This document shows positions 39,562 to 48,555 of a stretch of DNA of 64,000 nucleotides, one piece after another. The notes under the pieces are model-generated. The model saw only the letters and a program-made list of their open reading frames with translations. It was not told where the DNA came from and made no database searches. The stretch is from the IMG/VR virus record IMGVR_UViG_3300033121_001713, positions 1-64,000 of that record. One strand, written 5' to 3'. The DNA is from a virus (taxonomy: Duplodnaviria > Caudoviricetes). Numbering within the stretch: the first letter of the stretch is position 1; each line of letters begins with the position of its first letter. The translations under genes and the position numbers were made by a program.

Positions 39562-40049
39562 GGAAACCGATGCGCAGTTTTGAGGTGAGGCGTAAAACTG
39601 CGCCATGGCAGAAAGGCCGTTGGGGCTTCAGGACCGATGGCCTCGATGCTAGGCATCGTGAGCTCTTGGAAAGGAATTCAGAGATGGGTTCTTGGGATGT
39701 TGCAGATGTTTCATGTGCTTTCATCTTGAGGGATGCTGAAGTCACTCTGAAGCTAGGCAAAAGATTGGCGTTCCATACGACGGACGGCGAAAACTTTACG
39801 CTAGATCGAACGGAAAAGCCAGAAGAATTGGTATCGTGGAAGTGTGCGTATTGCACAAAGGCCATACTCTCTAGGATCGGAATTTCTAGCGCCGCTAATC
39901 TCACGTGCAGAAGATGCGTTGATAGGGCTAAAGAGGACGAAGGGCCGCTGATCGAATCCTCCGTGGATTTCCTAGACAAGAGTAAAGGCATCATGATCAG
40001 GAGGAAAAGATACATCCTCCGCTACATAAAGAAGAACCGAAAGGGATGA
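39558..40049 (+). CDS. Zn-finger hypothetical protein
   Basis: WKCAYC...TCRRC. Confidence 0.6.
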   Translation: MRKPMRSFEVRRKTAPWQKGRWGFRTDGLDARHRELLERNSEMGSWDVADVSCAFILRDAEVTLKLGKRLAFHTTDGENFTLDRTEKPEELVSWKCAYCTKAILSRIGISSAANLTCRRCVDRAKEDEGPLIESSVDFLDKSKGIMIRRKRYILRYIKKNRKG

Positions 40050-41488
40050 ACGAATTGCTCCTCAACGAAGCCAAGGGAAAGGGTGTCCAGCTTGTGGTGC
40101 TCTCGAATCTCAAATCGACATCTACTACGGTAGAATCGATCAAGAAGGAATGCTCGAAGAGAGGCATCAAGCATCGCATCATCAATATCAACCGGTTCAA
40201 GATCAAGCCACTGAAAGGAGGATCGAGCTTCAGCCTGGATGACGATAATGAAGACCCTATCATCATTCATCCGGATAACACGGTCGTTCTCTGTCGAGCT
40301 GCAGTTGCACAGAACACGAAGTCGATGTCTCTGGTATCGCTCCTTGAGGACAACCGATTCTTCGTAGTCAACTCTCTTTCTTCGATAACGGCATGTCGGA
40401 ACAAGTATGTGACATCGAAGATCTTGCAAGACAACAAGATCCCTGTCCCAAAGATGGCATTGCTGGTCAATGAAGATCAGATTGACGATGCGGTAGAGGA
40501 TATCGGCGGCAAGTTTCCTCTCGTGATGAAATTGCTGGATGGCACCCATGGCATCGGTGTCTCTGTGGTAGAATCTGCATCATCTCTTCGATCCATCCTT
40601 CAGACGATCTGGAAACTCACTCCTAACACTGAGATATTGCTCCAAGAGAAGATAGAGTCGAGCTACGATCTTCGAATACACGTTCTTGTCAGGAATCCAG
40701 ATTCCAATGATCCGAAGGACGCCGAAGTGATAGCGTCGATGAAAAGGAGCAAGGTCAAAAAGGATTTCAGGACCAATTTCTCATTGGGAGGCAAAGTATC
40801 CGATGTCAAGATCACGCCAGAACAAGAGAAGATGGCTATCATCTCCGCTAGGGCAATTGGGTGCCAGTGGTGTGGCGTGGATATCATCGTAGATGAGAAA
40901 ACTGGGAAGAATTTCGTGTTAGAGATCAACTCTTCACCTGGCACAGTAGGGATCACTAAGGCTTCTGGCATCGATGTTCTTGGTGCCGTTCTAGATTTCA
41001 TCTTCGAGAAGTCCAACTGGATGTCTTCTAAAATGGTAGCCGGATTCAGGGAATCCATCGAGATTCCAGGGATCGGTAAGTTCGTCGCTAAGCTTGATAC
41101 TGGTAATGGGTCTATTGCATGTTCGATCACATATGATGATATGAAGATCGATGGGAAGAATGTCACATGGAGACTTGGCAAGAAGACCATCAAGAGCAAG
41201 ATAATGGGAGTGGCCAAGACTGAGGTCGGAACCGAGATCCAAGAGAGAAAGTTCATCGAGCTTGACATCATTTTCGCTGGCAAGAAATACGAGAAGGTTC
41301 AGGTAGCACTAGTAGATCGATCGGACAAGAGCACCCCTTTCCTCATCAACAGGCAATTCCTACAGAGGATCGGATGCACAGTAGATCCGCTCAAGACCTT
41401 CCTGCTTTCAGAGAAGCCAGAAGGCTATAAGCCACAAGACGCTAGGGGCGAGCCACACGCTGGCATTGAGTTCCATGAGGAGGAATAA
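40046..41488 (+). CDS. rimK: RimK-family ATP-grasp ligase fused to retropepsin-like (RimB/PF05618-type) protease
   Basis: CRNKY, IPVPK, PLVMK..GTHGIGV, LLQE.I, DLRI, FRTNFSLGG, GVDII, LEINSSPG; then AKLDTG and LVDRS...PFLINRQFL. Confidence 0.85.
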   Translation: MNELLLNEAKGKGVQLVVLSNLKSTSTTVESIKKECSKRGIKHRIININRFKIKPLKGGSSFSLDDDNEDPIIIHPDNTVVLCRAAVAQNTKSMSLVSLLEDNRFFVVNSLSSITACRNKYVTSKILQDNKIPVPKMALLVNEDQIDDAVEDIGGKFPLVMKLLDGTHGIGVSVVESASSLRSILQTIWKLTPNTEILLQEKIESSYDLRIHVLVRNPDSNDPKDAEVIASMKRSKVKKDFRTNFSLGGKVSDVKITPEQEKMAIISARAIGCQWCGVDIIVDEKTGKNFVLEINSSPGTVGITKASGIDVLGAVLDFIFEKSNWMSSKMVAGFRESIEIPGIGKFVAKLDTGNGSIACSITYDDMKIDGKNVTWRLGKKTIKSKIMGVAKTEVGTEIQERKFIELDIIFAGKKYEKVQVALVDRSDKSTPFLINRQFLQRIGCTVDPLKTFLLSEKPEGYKPQDARGEPHAGIEFHEEE

Positions 41489-41517
41489 CCTAGCCTGGCC
41501 TTCTTTTTGACATAGAG

Positions 41518-41546
41518 TTTGGGCCAATCGCCTTATGTTACATTTG
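41518..41546 (+). promoter_or_regulatory. Bacteroidota-type promoter TTTG-N17-TACATTTG
   Basis: -33/-7-type elements; ATG 3 nt downstream at 41550. Confidence 0.6.
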
Positions 41547-41549
41547 TCG

Positions 41550-41705
41550 ATGAAGAAGAGGCTCCTATCGCTATGCTGGTCCGTCTGCTTTCTCATGGCC
41601 TCGGCCATGGTAGCGTTCGCATCAGAAGGCCTTCGAGGTCTCTTCTGGACATTGGCCTTGGCGATCATTGGGATCTCTGGGGCGGTTAGGGCGATCAAGA
41701 AATAG
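41550..41705 (+). CDS. Small two-TM membrane protein (51 aa, not in ORF track)
   Basis: MKKRLLSLCWSVCFLMASAMVAFASEGLRGLFWTLALAIIGISGAVRAIKK. Confidence 0.6.
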   Translation: MKKRLLSLCWSVCFLMASAMVAFASEGLRGLFWTLALAIIGISGAVRAIKK

Positions 41706-41709
41706 AGAC

Positions 41710-41928
41710 ATGGATCATCTAAGTCAACTGAAACTCGAACAGAGGATCAGGCAGCACGCGGAACAGTTCAGGGAGGCCAAGAAGATAGCTGTCAATGAGG
41801 TTGCCGAAATGGCCAATGAATTTGGGCCTCGGTATTTCGATGCGCTCAAGAGATTCAACGAAAGCTACAGGCAGCTCAATGAACCCGATCACATGTACCA
41901 TTTCAACGTCGATGATGTGGTGACATAG
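41710..41928 (+). CDS. Hypothetical protein
   Basis: 72 aa from the ATG at 41710. Confidence 0.55.
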   Translation: MDHLSQLKLEQRIRQHAEQFREAKKIAVNEVAEMANEFGPRYFDALKRFNESYRQLNEPDHMYHFNVDDVVT

Positions 41929-41930
41929 AA
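41924..41930 (+). promoter_or_regulatory. CATAGAA motif, 7 nt before clamp-loader ATG
   Basis: Recurrent motif; includes the upstream TAG stop. Confidence 0.45.
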
Positions 41931-41937
41931 GATCGAG

Positions 41938-42888
41938 ATGAGCATGACCAATCTGATCTGGACTGAGAAATACAGGCCAAAGAGCGTAGATGAGCTGATC
42001 CTTCCAGCGAGAGTCCTCGACAAGCTGAAATCTGGGCCATACCAGAATTTCCTATTCTACGGCTCCGCTGGTTCAGGGAAGACTAGCGCCGCAAAAGCCC
42101 TTGCGCAAGGGCGCCCGAGCAAATTCATTAACTGTTCGCTGGAAACTGGCGTAGATTCGGTCAGGACCATCATAACCGATTTCTGCTCTTCCGCTTCCGT
42201 CTTCTCTGAGGAAGGAACTCATAAGGTCATCGTCCTCGATGAGGTCGAAGGAGTCAGCGAGCAGTACTTCAAGGCCCTTCGTGGAACGATCGAACAGTTT
42301 CACAATGTCGCTAGGTTCATCGCCACTACCAATCACTTCGCGAAGATCCCAGACGCCATCCAATCGAGGTTCGAATGCATCAGCTTTGATTTCGATCAAG
42401 AAGAGATCAAAGAAATGGAAGGTAGATGCTTCAAGCGCATCTATGAGATCATCAAGGCCGAGGGCATGGAGACGACGAAGGAAGCCCTAGTCGAGCTGGT
42501 CAAGCGAAACTTCCCAGACATACGAAGGATCGTCAGTTCACTCCAAGGCCTGAAACAAGAGGGCGTCACGAAACTATCAGTTGATGACGTCTCAAGGTAT
42601 CGAGGAGCATATCGAGCCCTTTTTGAACACCTCCTGACTGTCAACGACACAGTCAAGAATTATCAGCTCGCGGTTGGATCGTATTCCAACCAGGTAGATG
42701 AAGTGATAGTGGCGCTGGGACGGGAGTTCCTGGAGTACATCGAGACCAATAAAAAAGATCTGGAGCCGCGACTCGGCGAGATACTTTATGAGGTAAATTT
42801 GCACTCGTACCAGTCTCGGTTTGCCCTTGACCCAATGGTGACCTTGCTTTCTTTGATGCACAGGATCCAAACGATCATACACAAATGA
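41938..42888 (+). CDS. gp44: Clamp loader AAA+ subunit (gp44/RFC-like)
   Basis: WTEKYRP, GSAGSGKT, VIVLDE, AIQSRF, FPDIRR. Confidence 0.93.
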   Translation: MSMTNLIWTEKYRPKSVDELILPARVLDKLKSGPYQNFLFYGSAGSGKTSAAKALAQGRPSKFINCSLETGVDSVRTIITDFCSSASVFSEEGTHKVIVLDEVEGVSEQYFKALRGTIEQFHNVARFIATTNHFAKIPDAIQSRFECISFDFDQEEIKEMEGRCFKRIYEIIKAEGMETTKEALVELVKRNFPDIRRIVSSLQGLKQEGVTKLSVDDVSRYRGAYRALFEHLLTVNDTVKNYQLAVGSYSNQVDEVIVALGREFLEYIETNKKDLEPRLGEILYEVNLHSYQSRFALDPMVTLLSLMHRIQTIIHK

Positions 42889-44111
42889 GCTACACGCTCG
42901 TCTTCGACGGTAACCATTTCTTGCACAAGACGCTGCATGTTGCATCGCGCATCAAGGAATCGTTTTCGCGAGTGCCTATGGATTTCAAGGGAGATCCAGA
43001 CACTGATCGCAACGTCCTCCTCCATAAGCTGGCTACCGACTTCGTCTCCGAGGTCAAGAAGTTTTCGCCGGTTGCCGATCAGGTCGTTTACTGCATCGAC
43101 TCCCAGTCATGGCGAAAGCTTGCCTTTCCGTTGGAATCGTACAAGGGCCATCGTAAGAAGGAATCTAGCATCTCCTGGGACCTGGTCTTTGCCGCCCACG
43201 AACAATTCGTCTCCTCCATCGCTAAGCAGGGAGTTCACATCTCTCGGGCCTATGGGGCCGAGGGCGACGATTTGATCTTCAACTGGTCTAACCACCTCAA
43301 TCACTGGGGAGATCGCAATTGCATCATCATCTCCGGCGACAACGACCTCTTGCAACTGGTCTCAAGGGACGATTCAAGCGGCAGGTTCACCATCTTCCAT
43401 AACAAGTTCGACAAGCAGCTCAAGGTCTTCCCAGGATTTGAAGCCTGGCTCTCTGAACAATCCGAGGCAGGCACCCTATTCGACCCCGGAACATCCTTCA
43501 TCAAGGACGATCGCGAGGATCTGGCGTTGATCATCAAGCAGAGCGGCATCGAGCTAGACCGGATCAATTCTACCGAGTACATCTTCGTCAAGATTCTGAT
43601 TGGAGACTCTGGAGACAATGTGCCACCGGTCTACCAACGTAAAAAGCAGACCAAGAAGGGCGAGCTCACATATCGGTTCTCCGAGAAAATGGCCCGAACG
43701 GTCCTCGACCGATTCAAAACTGCGTCATCGATCGTCTATGTCAACCAGTTTCATCTGTTCGACGAGACCAGCATTTCTAAGATCTGCTCCTTGGCCATGG
43801 AGGAGATGTCCGTCGATGACAAGCTTATCGAGGAGATCATCGAACGCTGGAAAATCAACCGCGACATGCTTTACCTGCACAGGGATTGCATACCTTCCTA
43901 TGTGATCGATAACATGTCCAAGGACTATGAGTCCGGCAAACAATCGAGGCACAACAAAGCCATGACCAGGGAGCAGATCCTGGCCGACACGGATTGGTTC
44001 GATTGGCAGCAAGTTGGAGGCCAGATCAAGACGAATGGCGAACCGGATGTTGTCATAAAAGACTCTCCGAAAGGCGGTTTTGATGCGAATCGCTGGAAGA
44101 AGTTTCGATGA
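42885..44111 (+). CDS. rnh: RNase H / 5'-3' flap exonuclease (T4 rnh-like)
   Basis: VFDGN, SWRK, YKGHR, AEGDD, ISGDNDLLQL, GDSGDNVP. Confidence 0.88.
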   Translation: MSYTLVFDGNHFLHKTLHVASRIKESFSRVPMDFKGDPDTDRNVLLHKLATDFVSEVKKFSPVADQVVYCIDSQSWRKLAFPLESYKGHRKKESSISWDLVFAAHEQFVSSIAKQGVHISRAYGAEGDDLIFNWSNHLNHWGDRNCIIISGDNDLLQLVSRDDSSGRFTIFHNKFDKQLKVFPGFEAWLSEQSEAGTLFDPGTSFIKDDREDLALIIKQSGIELDRINSTEYIFVKILIGDSGDNVPPVYQRKKQTKKGELTYRFSEKMARTVLDRFKTASSIVYVNQFHLFDETSISKICSLAMEEMSVDDKLIEEIIERWKINRDMLYLHRDCIPSYVIDNMSKDYESGKQSRHNKAMTREQILADTDWFDWQQVGGQIKTNGEPDVVIKDSPKGGFDANRWKKFR

Positions 44112-44359
44112 TGACAGACAAAAGAGTAGACGAGCTGCGACCGTTGGTCGAACAGCTGAATAGCGCCGTCACTGTGCTGGCTAAAGAGATGCAGGCCCTG
44201 ATCAAGGAGCTCAGGCTCAACACCAAGGCGGTAAACGAGCAGAATTTGATCGAGAAGAGGGGCCATCTGGCGCTTTTGGCCGAAATGGGGATGAAGATTG
44301 ACGAAGATCAGGCCGAAGATCAGGCCGAAGATCAGGCCAATCCTGAGGAGGAAGAATAG
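44108..44359 (+). CDS. Hypothetical protein with acidic EDQA repeat
   Basis: ATGA-coupled, 83 aa. Confidence 0.6.
   Translation: MMTDKRVDELRPLVEQLNSAVTVLAKEMQALIKELRLNTKAVNEQNLIEKRGHLALLAEMGMKIDEDQAEDQAEDQANPEEEE
44303..44338 (+). repeat. Perfect 12-bp tandem repeat, three copies (GAAGATCAGGCC)
   Basis: Directly visible; encodes EDQA three times. Confidence 0.95.
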
Positions 44360-44381
44360 TAGCATAAGGCCAATTCGAAGC

Positions 44382-44789
44382 ATGCAGCTGTTTGATCTTA
44401 TCAAGATCATGTTCTCGGATCCACAGGGGTACTCTGGGACATCCTGGAATGATCGAGCCAAGAACGTCTTCATGGTCCAGCGCATTATGGCCATCAAGCA
44501 GCCTATTCGAGCTCAGCTTTTCAATCGAGTTGGAGTTAATCCAGCTGCAGTAGTCGACCAGTGGCAACGGTCCACTAGGACACTCGGTAAATCTCCTGGC
44601 TGGATCTTCACAAAGACGACCAAGAAGGCCGTCGAATCGAAGAGTCCAGCCTATGACAAGGAAGCTGCCATCGAATGGATGCGTTTCAATGGCCTTGGCC
44701 AGCGTGACCTGGATGCCGTCTTGCAAGAGGATCGGGCCTCGATGCTAGACGAGCTCAAGCGCATTGCAAAATCGATGTCTTCGGACTGA
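44382..44789 (+). CDS. Clamp loader small subunit (gp62-like)
   Basis: MQLFDLIK, FMVQRIMA, PGWIFTK; lies near gp44. Confidence 0.5.
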   Translation: MQLFDLIKIMFSDPQGYSGTSWNDRAKNVFMVQRIMAIKQPIRAQLFNRVGVNPAAVVDQWQRSTRTLGKSPGWIFTKTTKKAVESKSPAYDKEAAIEWMRFNGLGQRDLDAVLQEDRASMLDELKRIAKSMSSD

Positions 44790-45439
44790 TGGAGTTCACC
44801 CTGATCAACCCTATTGTCCTTAAGGTCTTCCTTTACAGGAATGATTACACGGATCGGCTGATTCTTGACGAGCTCAAGAAGATGAATTGCATCTACACCG
44901 ATCCTAAGACCTTTGGGTCCTTCTACGTGAAGCGCGAAGAGATGTCCCATGTGGTTAGGGGTGTCTTTGAGAAGGAGTTAGCCATCCAGCGTGCCTTGCC
45001 ATTGAATCGGCTCTCCGTTTCTGCGTCATCGCTTTTCTTCATCGATAGCCTGATAGAACAGTATCACAGGCTGAAGCACTTTCATGTCCTCACGATCGAT
45101 GACGAGCAGTTCTCGAGGATGATAGATGGTGAGATCAACTTTGACTATCGGATCGATCTTTCGAAGATCGATCTCTCGATAGCCATTGAGACTCAATACC
45201 TACACCACTTCAAGAACGCTTTCAAGGCAATCGAAGTCTACGATCACACTCAGCCATACTACAACCGAGCCCCTTACTTCGAGATCTTTACCAGGGATTT
45301 GATCCAGAAACTTGAGCTCTATGCGACTGAGTTTCCTGAAGATTCCGACGAGCACAGCAATATCAAATCCATTCTTTCTTACTTCACAAACAAGCTCCAA
45401 CAGGACAATTCGCAGCTCCTGATCATCATGGAGAGATGA
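44789..45439 (+). CDS. Hypothetical protein
   Basis: TGATG-coupled, 216 aa. Confidence 0.65.
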   Translation: MEFTLINPIVLKVFLYRNDYTDRLILDELKKMNCIYTDPKTFGSFYVKREEMSHVVRGVFEKELAIQRALPLNRLSVSASSLFFIDSLIEQYHRLKHFHVLTIDDEQFSRMIDGEINFDYRIDLSKIDLSIAIETQYLHHFKNAFKAIEVYDHTQPYYNRAPYFEIFTRDLIQKLELYATEFPEDSDEHSNIKSILSYFTNKLQQDNSQLLIIMER

Positions 45440-45447
45440 CTCCGGGC

Positions 45448-45474
45448 GATACATAGGCCTAAACGGCTTAGGCC
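45448..45474 (+). promoter_or_regulatory. Late promoter GATACATA followed by hairpin GGCCTAA/TTAGGCC abutting the GTG start
   Basis: CCGGGC-GATACATA (as at 1087-1100); inverted repeat at 45456-45474. Confidence 0.6.
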
Positions 45475-45476
45475 CA

Positions 45477-46064
45477 GTGGATTTCCAAACTGTCGCTACA
45501 GTCATCTCAACCGCAGGTACCTTAGGGCTTGGCGGTTGGTTCATCAAATACAGAGCTGATTCCAGGAGGGCCAAGGCTCTTGATCACGAGAGCCTGATAG
45601 CAGAGCTTACTAGGATCACCGAAGAGAGGGAAAAGGACTGCGATCGCAAGCTCAAGTCTCAGCAGGAGCAGATAGACCTGCTAAGGGCTCGCGTAAACAT
45701 CCTCAACTTTACCACCGCGGTCTCTTCGCTTCCACACTGGTGGAAAGATATCGAAGGCCGATACCTAGAGGTCGATCGGGCATTCGAGGTCTCTATCGCT
45801 GCTCCGCTTGGCAAGAAGCGCGAGGATTTCATTGGACACCTAGACGAGGAGATTTTCGAGAACAAGGACCTTTCGAATGAGCTTCAATCAATCGACCTGG
45901 ATGCACTGATGAGCTCTTCGAAAGCGACCGTCAGGAAGAACGTTCGATTCCATGAGAGCTTGCCTCTCTACACGATCCTCAAGGAAGTGCTCACATTCGA
46001 TCACTTGGGCGGCCGCGTAGGTTACGCCGGAATCGCATACCCTCAGACCGATGACCAAGACTGA
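45477..46064 (+). CDS. N-terminal TM, coiled coil and PAS-like domain protein (holin/sensor candidate)
   Basis: Hydrophobic N-terminus; LPHWWKDIEGRYLEVDRAFE...GKKREDFIG..DEEIF PAS-type signature. Confidence 0.65.
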   Translation: MDFQTVATVISTAGTLGLGGWFIKYRADSRRAKALDHESLIAELTRITEEREKDCDRKLKSQQEQIDLLRARVNILNFTTAVSSLPHWWKDIEGRYLEVDRAFEVSIAAPLGKKREDFIGHLDEEIFENKDLSNELQSIDLDALMSSSKATVRKNVRFHESLPLYTILKEVLTFDHLGGRVGYAGIAYPQTDDQD

Positions 46065-47857
46065 TGCGCTATCGAGTTCAGATCACAGGCAACAATTCTA
46101 CCAGGAACTCTGGTGACACTCTCGTCATAGAGTTCAACAGCGCCCTTGCGTCCGTTTCATCGGTAGCTTCGGTTGACGTAGAGTTCGAGCCATGGCCGCT
46201 TCCATCCAATGCGTGGCATGATATCGAGCTGAGATGGTCACATGACAAGATGTCATGGTCAGCGTGGGCCCCTTACATTACCAATAACTCAAGGGACTCT
46301 GCGATCCTTCAAAAGGTAGTCGATACGGGTAGGGACTTCTTCATTCAACTCAAGGCGATCAGGGCTGGGGTCGACACGACTGAGCTCAACGCTACGGCGG
46401 CTACGATCATCTACTCAGAAGGAGAAGAGCCAGAGGAGGCCCTGGAATCGCCGTTCAACGAGAGCAATTGTTCTGCCTCTTCGTGCTTGTCTACCAATTA
46501 CTGCAACGGCTTCAATCTGTCATGTGATCCTTCTGCCCTGTTTCGGCCATACGACTCGATGGGTCCAGCGATCAAGATGTTCCATGATCTCAATTGCGTG
46601 GCAGCTGAGATCTATGGGATCTGTGTTCGCTATTTCAGGGTAGAGCCGCTTGAGGAGTCGGCCGATGCCGTATTGAAAGAGTACTCGATCTTCGATGCAA
46701 CCGATGTCAAGGACATCAAGGTCATGGTCCCAAACAACGAGATCCCAGATAACCGGTTCACTTACACTGAGCTGGACATGGATTTCATGGTGGATGGATT
46801 CGAGATCCAAATCGTTCCACAGCATTTCGAGAGAGCATTTGGCAAGGGAAAGTTTCCACAGGAGAACGATTTCATCTACATACCCATCATAGATCGGCTA
46901 TTTGAGGTGAACTCATCTTATCTCTTTAGGTCATTCATGGCGGAGCCTGCTTATCACAAGGTGATGCTATACAAGGCCAATGACAAGACCAACGTCCTCA
47001 AGGATCGAGCGAGGCCGGAGATCGGTGAGGCCGTCGAAGATATGACTGTCAGCTTTGAGGATATCCTCAGAAAGGATATCGACGAAGAAGCTGATCGGAT
47101 AACAAAGCCTCTACAGTACAAGACGATATCGATCGGTGGCTATGACCACGTAAGGTCGGCGATCAACGAGACTCTGGAGATAAAAGAAGAGGACGTCTAT
47201 AACTACTTCACGCTGATATCGAAGTATCGCTATGATATGTCAAGCGTTGAGCACGATCAGTTAGCAGTCAGGTACAAGGCCAAGGTGCCTTCCACAGATA
47301 GGGTCGCTTTCTCTTTCTGGATTCAGCCTACAAAGTCTACGCTCGATCATCCTACCGACATCATCTTGACTAATGCCACTGGTGCATCTGGGATGTCTCT
47401 TTCCCTCGACTATGGCCTTACCGGTCCAACTGGATCGCAGATCATCGCTCCAGTATCAGCGAACCTTACGATCGGTGCTTCTTCCTTTGCATTCGATAAC
47501 CTAACAACGGTTGCAGGCCAGTGGTATGGATTCGTTCTCAATGTGATGCCATCATTCGGACAAGTGGAACTCTCGATCTGGGAAATGAAACCTGCGAGCG
47601 AGAAGACTACTGCCCTCAGATTGGCATATCACAGGGTCAGAGACTGTGATCCAACGACAACAATAACTTCCGAAGATTCGATCTCACTCCCTGGATCTGA
47701 TTGTCTTCTTACGAGCATCAGGCTTTGGAAGGAGAGCATCGAGGAGGAGAAGCAACCGACCATCCTTAACCAATATGTGGTCAAGGATTCCCACCTAAGT
47801 TCAATGATAGATGACTGCATCCCGCCGCTTAGGATGCACAAACAGTACAACAGATGA
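46064..47857 (+). CDS. Neck protein (gp14-like core with extra beta-rich domains)
   Basis: G..VRYF, LKEYS, FEIQI...FE..FG...PQENDFIYIP..DRLFEVN; LamG-like FSFWIQP and WYGFVLN. Confidence 0.6.
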   Translation: MRYRVQITGNNSTRNSGDTLVIEFNSALASVSSVASVDVEFEPWPLPSNAWHDIELRWSHDKMSWSAWAPYITNNSRDSAILQKVVDTGRDFFIQLKAIRAGVDTTELNATAATIIYSEGEEPEEALESPFNESNCSASSCLSTNYCNGFNLSCDPSALFRPYDSMGPAIKMFHDLNCVAAEIYGICVRYFRVEPLEESADAVLKEYSIFDATDVKDIKVMVPNNEIPDNRFTYTELDMDFMVDGFEIQIVPQHFERAFGKGKFPQENDFIYIPIIDRLFEVNSSYLFRSFMAEPAYHKVMLYKANDKTNVLKDRARPEIGEAVEDMTVSFEDILRKDIDEEADRITKPLQYKTISIGGYDHVRSAINETLEIKEEDVYNYFTLISKYRYDMSSVEHDQLAVRYKAKVPSTDRVAFSFWIQPTKSTLDHPTDIILTNATGASGMSLSLDYGLTGPTGSQIIAPVSANLTIGASSFAFDNLTTVAGQWYGFVLNVMPSFGQVELSIWEMKPASEKTTALRLAYHRVRDCDPTTTITSEDSISLPGSDCLLTSIRLWKESIEEEKQPTILNQYVVKDSHLSSMIDDCIPPLRMHKQYNR

Positions 47858-48555
47858 CCGGTAGCACAGGGGCAAATACACAGAAGCAGCAGCTGGACGA
47901 TGAGATCGATGCTCTGCTCAAGGATTCAGCAGCGGTCGTGATGTCGATTGGGCCTGACGATATCGCCCAAGGCCCAAGCGCCGGAACACTTCCGGCGTTT
48001 CTTCAGATCAATCCGATCGACGCTTCGCTCGAAGAGAAGAGGGCGAGGAAATCGGCGGCCAAGGCCATAGACTCGCTCCTGAGATTCTATCTCAGCGAAG
48101 ATGTCATCGATCAGAACGATTACATCAAGGCCAAGGCCAGGTTGGCCTCCATGCAACTCTCGACGTTGGTATACCAGCTCAAAGTCGCAGAAAGCGCAAT
48201 CACAACCCTCTATAAGGAGATCCATTCCGGTAACATGGGGCCTCGAATGTTTGAAGTCTTGGCTACCATGCAGAGGTCTGTCATCGACATACTCAAGCTA
48301 CAGACGCTGCACATGATCGCTACGGAGGAAGGCACGAAGAAACTCAAGGCAGATCTCGATTTCGGTCGAGAGAAGGGAACTGTCACCATCGAGGGAACTG
48401 GATCGAGGCTCACTAGGGGATCCAGGGAATTGATGCGTGGGATCCAGGCAGAGCTATCGAGGGACGAGTCTTTCGACGAAGGAGAAAGCGCAGTTGACGA
48501 CTCAGATATAGCTGACATTCCTGGAGACGAAGAAATGGACGATCTCGATAGCTGA
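47854..48555 (+). CDS. Probable terminase small subunit
   Basis: Helical; PRMFEVLA motif similar to gp16; directly upstream of TerL. Confidence 0.55.
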   Translation: MTGSTGANTQKQQLDDEIDALLKDSAAVVMSIGPDDIAQGPSAGTLPAFLQINPIDASLEEKRARKSAAKAIDSLLRFYLSEDVIDQNDYIKAKARLASMQLSTLVYQLKVAESAITTLYKEIHSGNMGPRMFEVLATMQRSVIDILKLQTLHMIATEEGTKKLKADLDFGREKGTVTIEGTGSRLTRGSRELMRGIQAELSRDESFDEGESAVDDSDIADIPGDEEMDDLDS

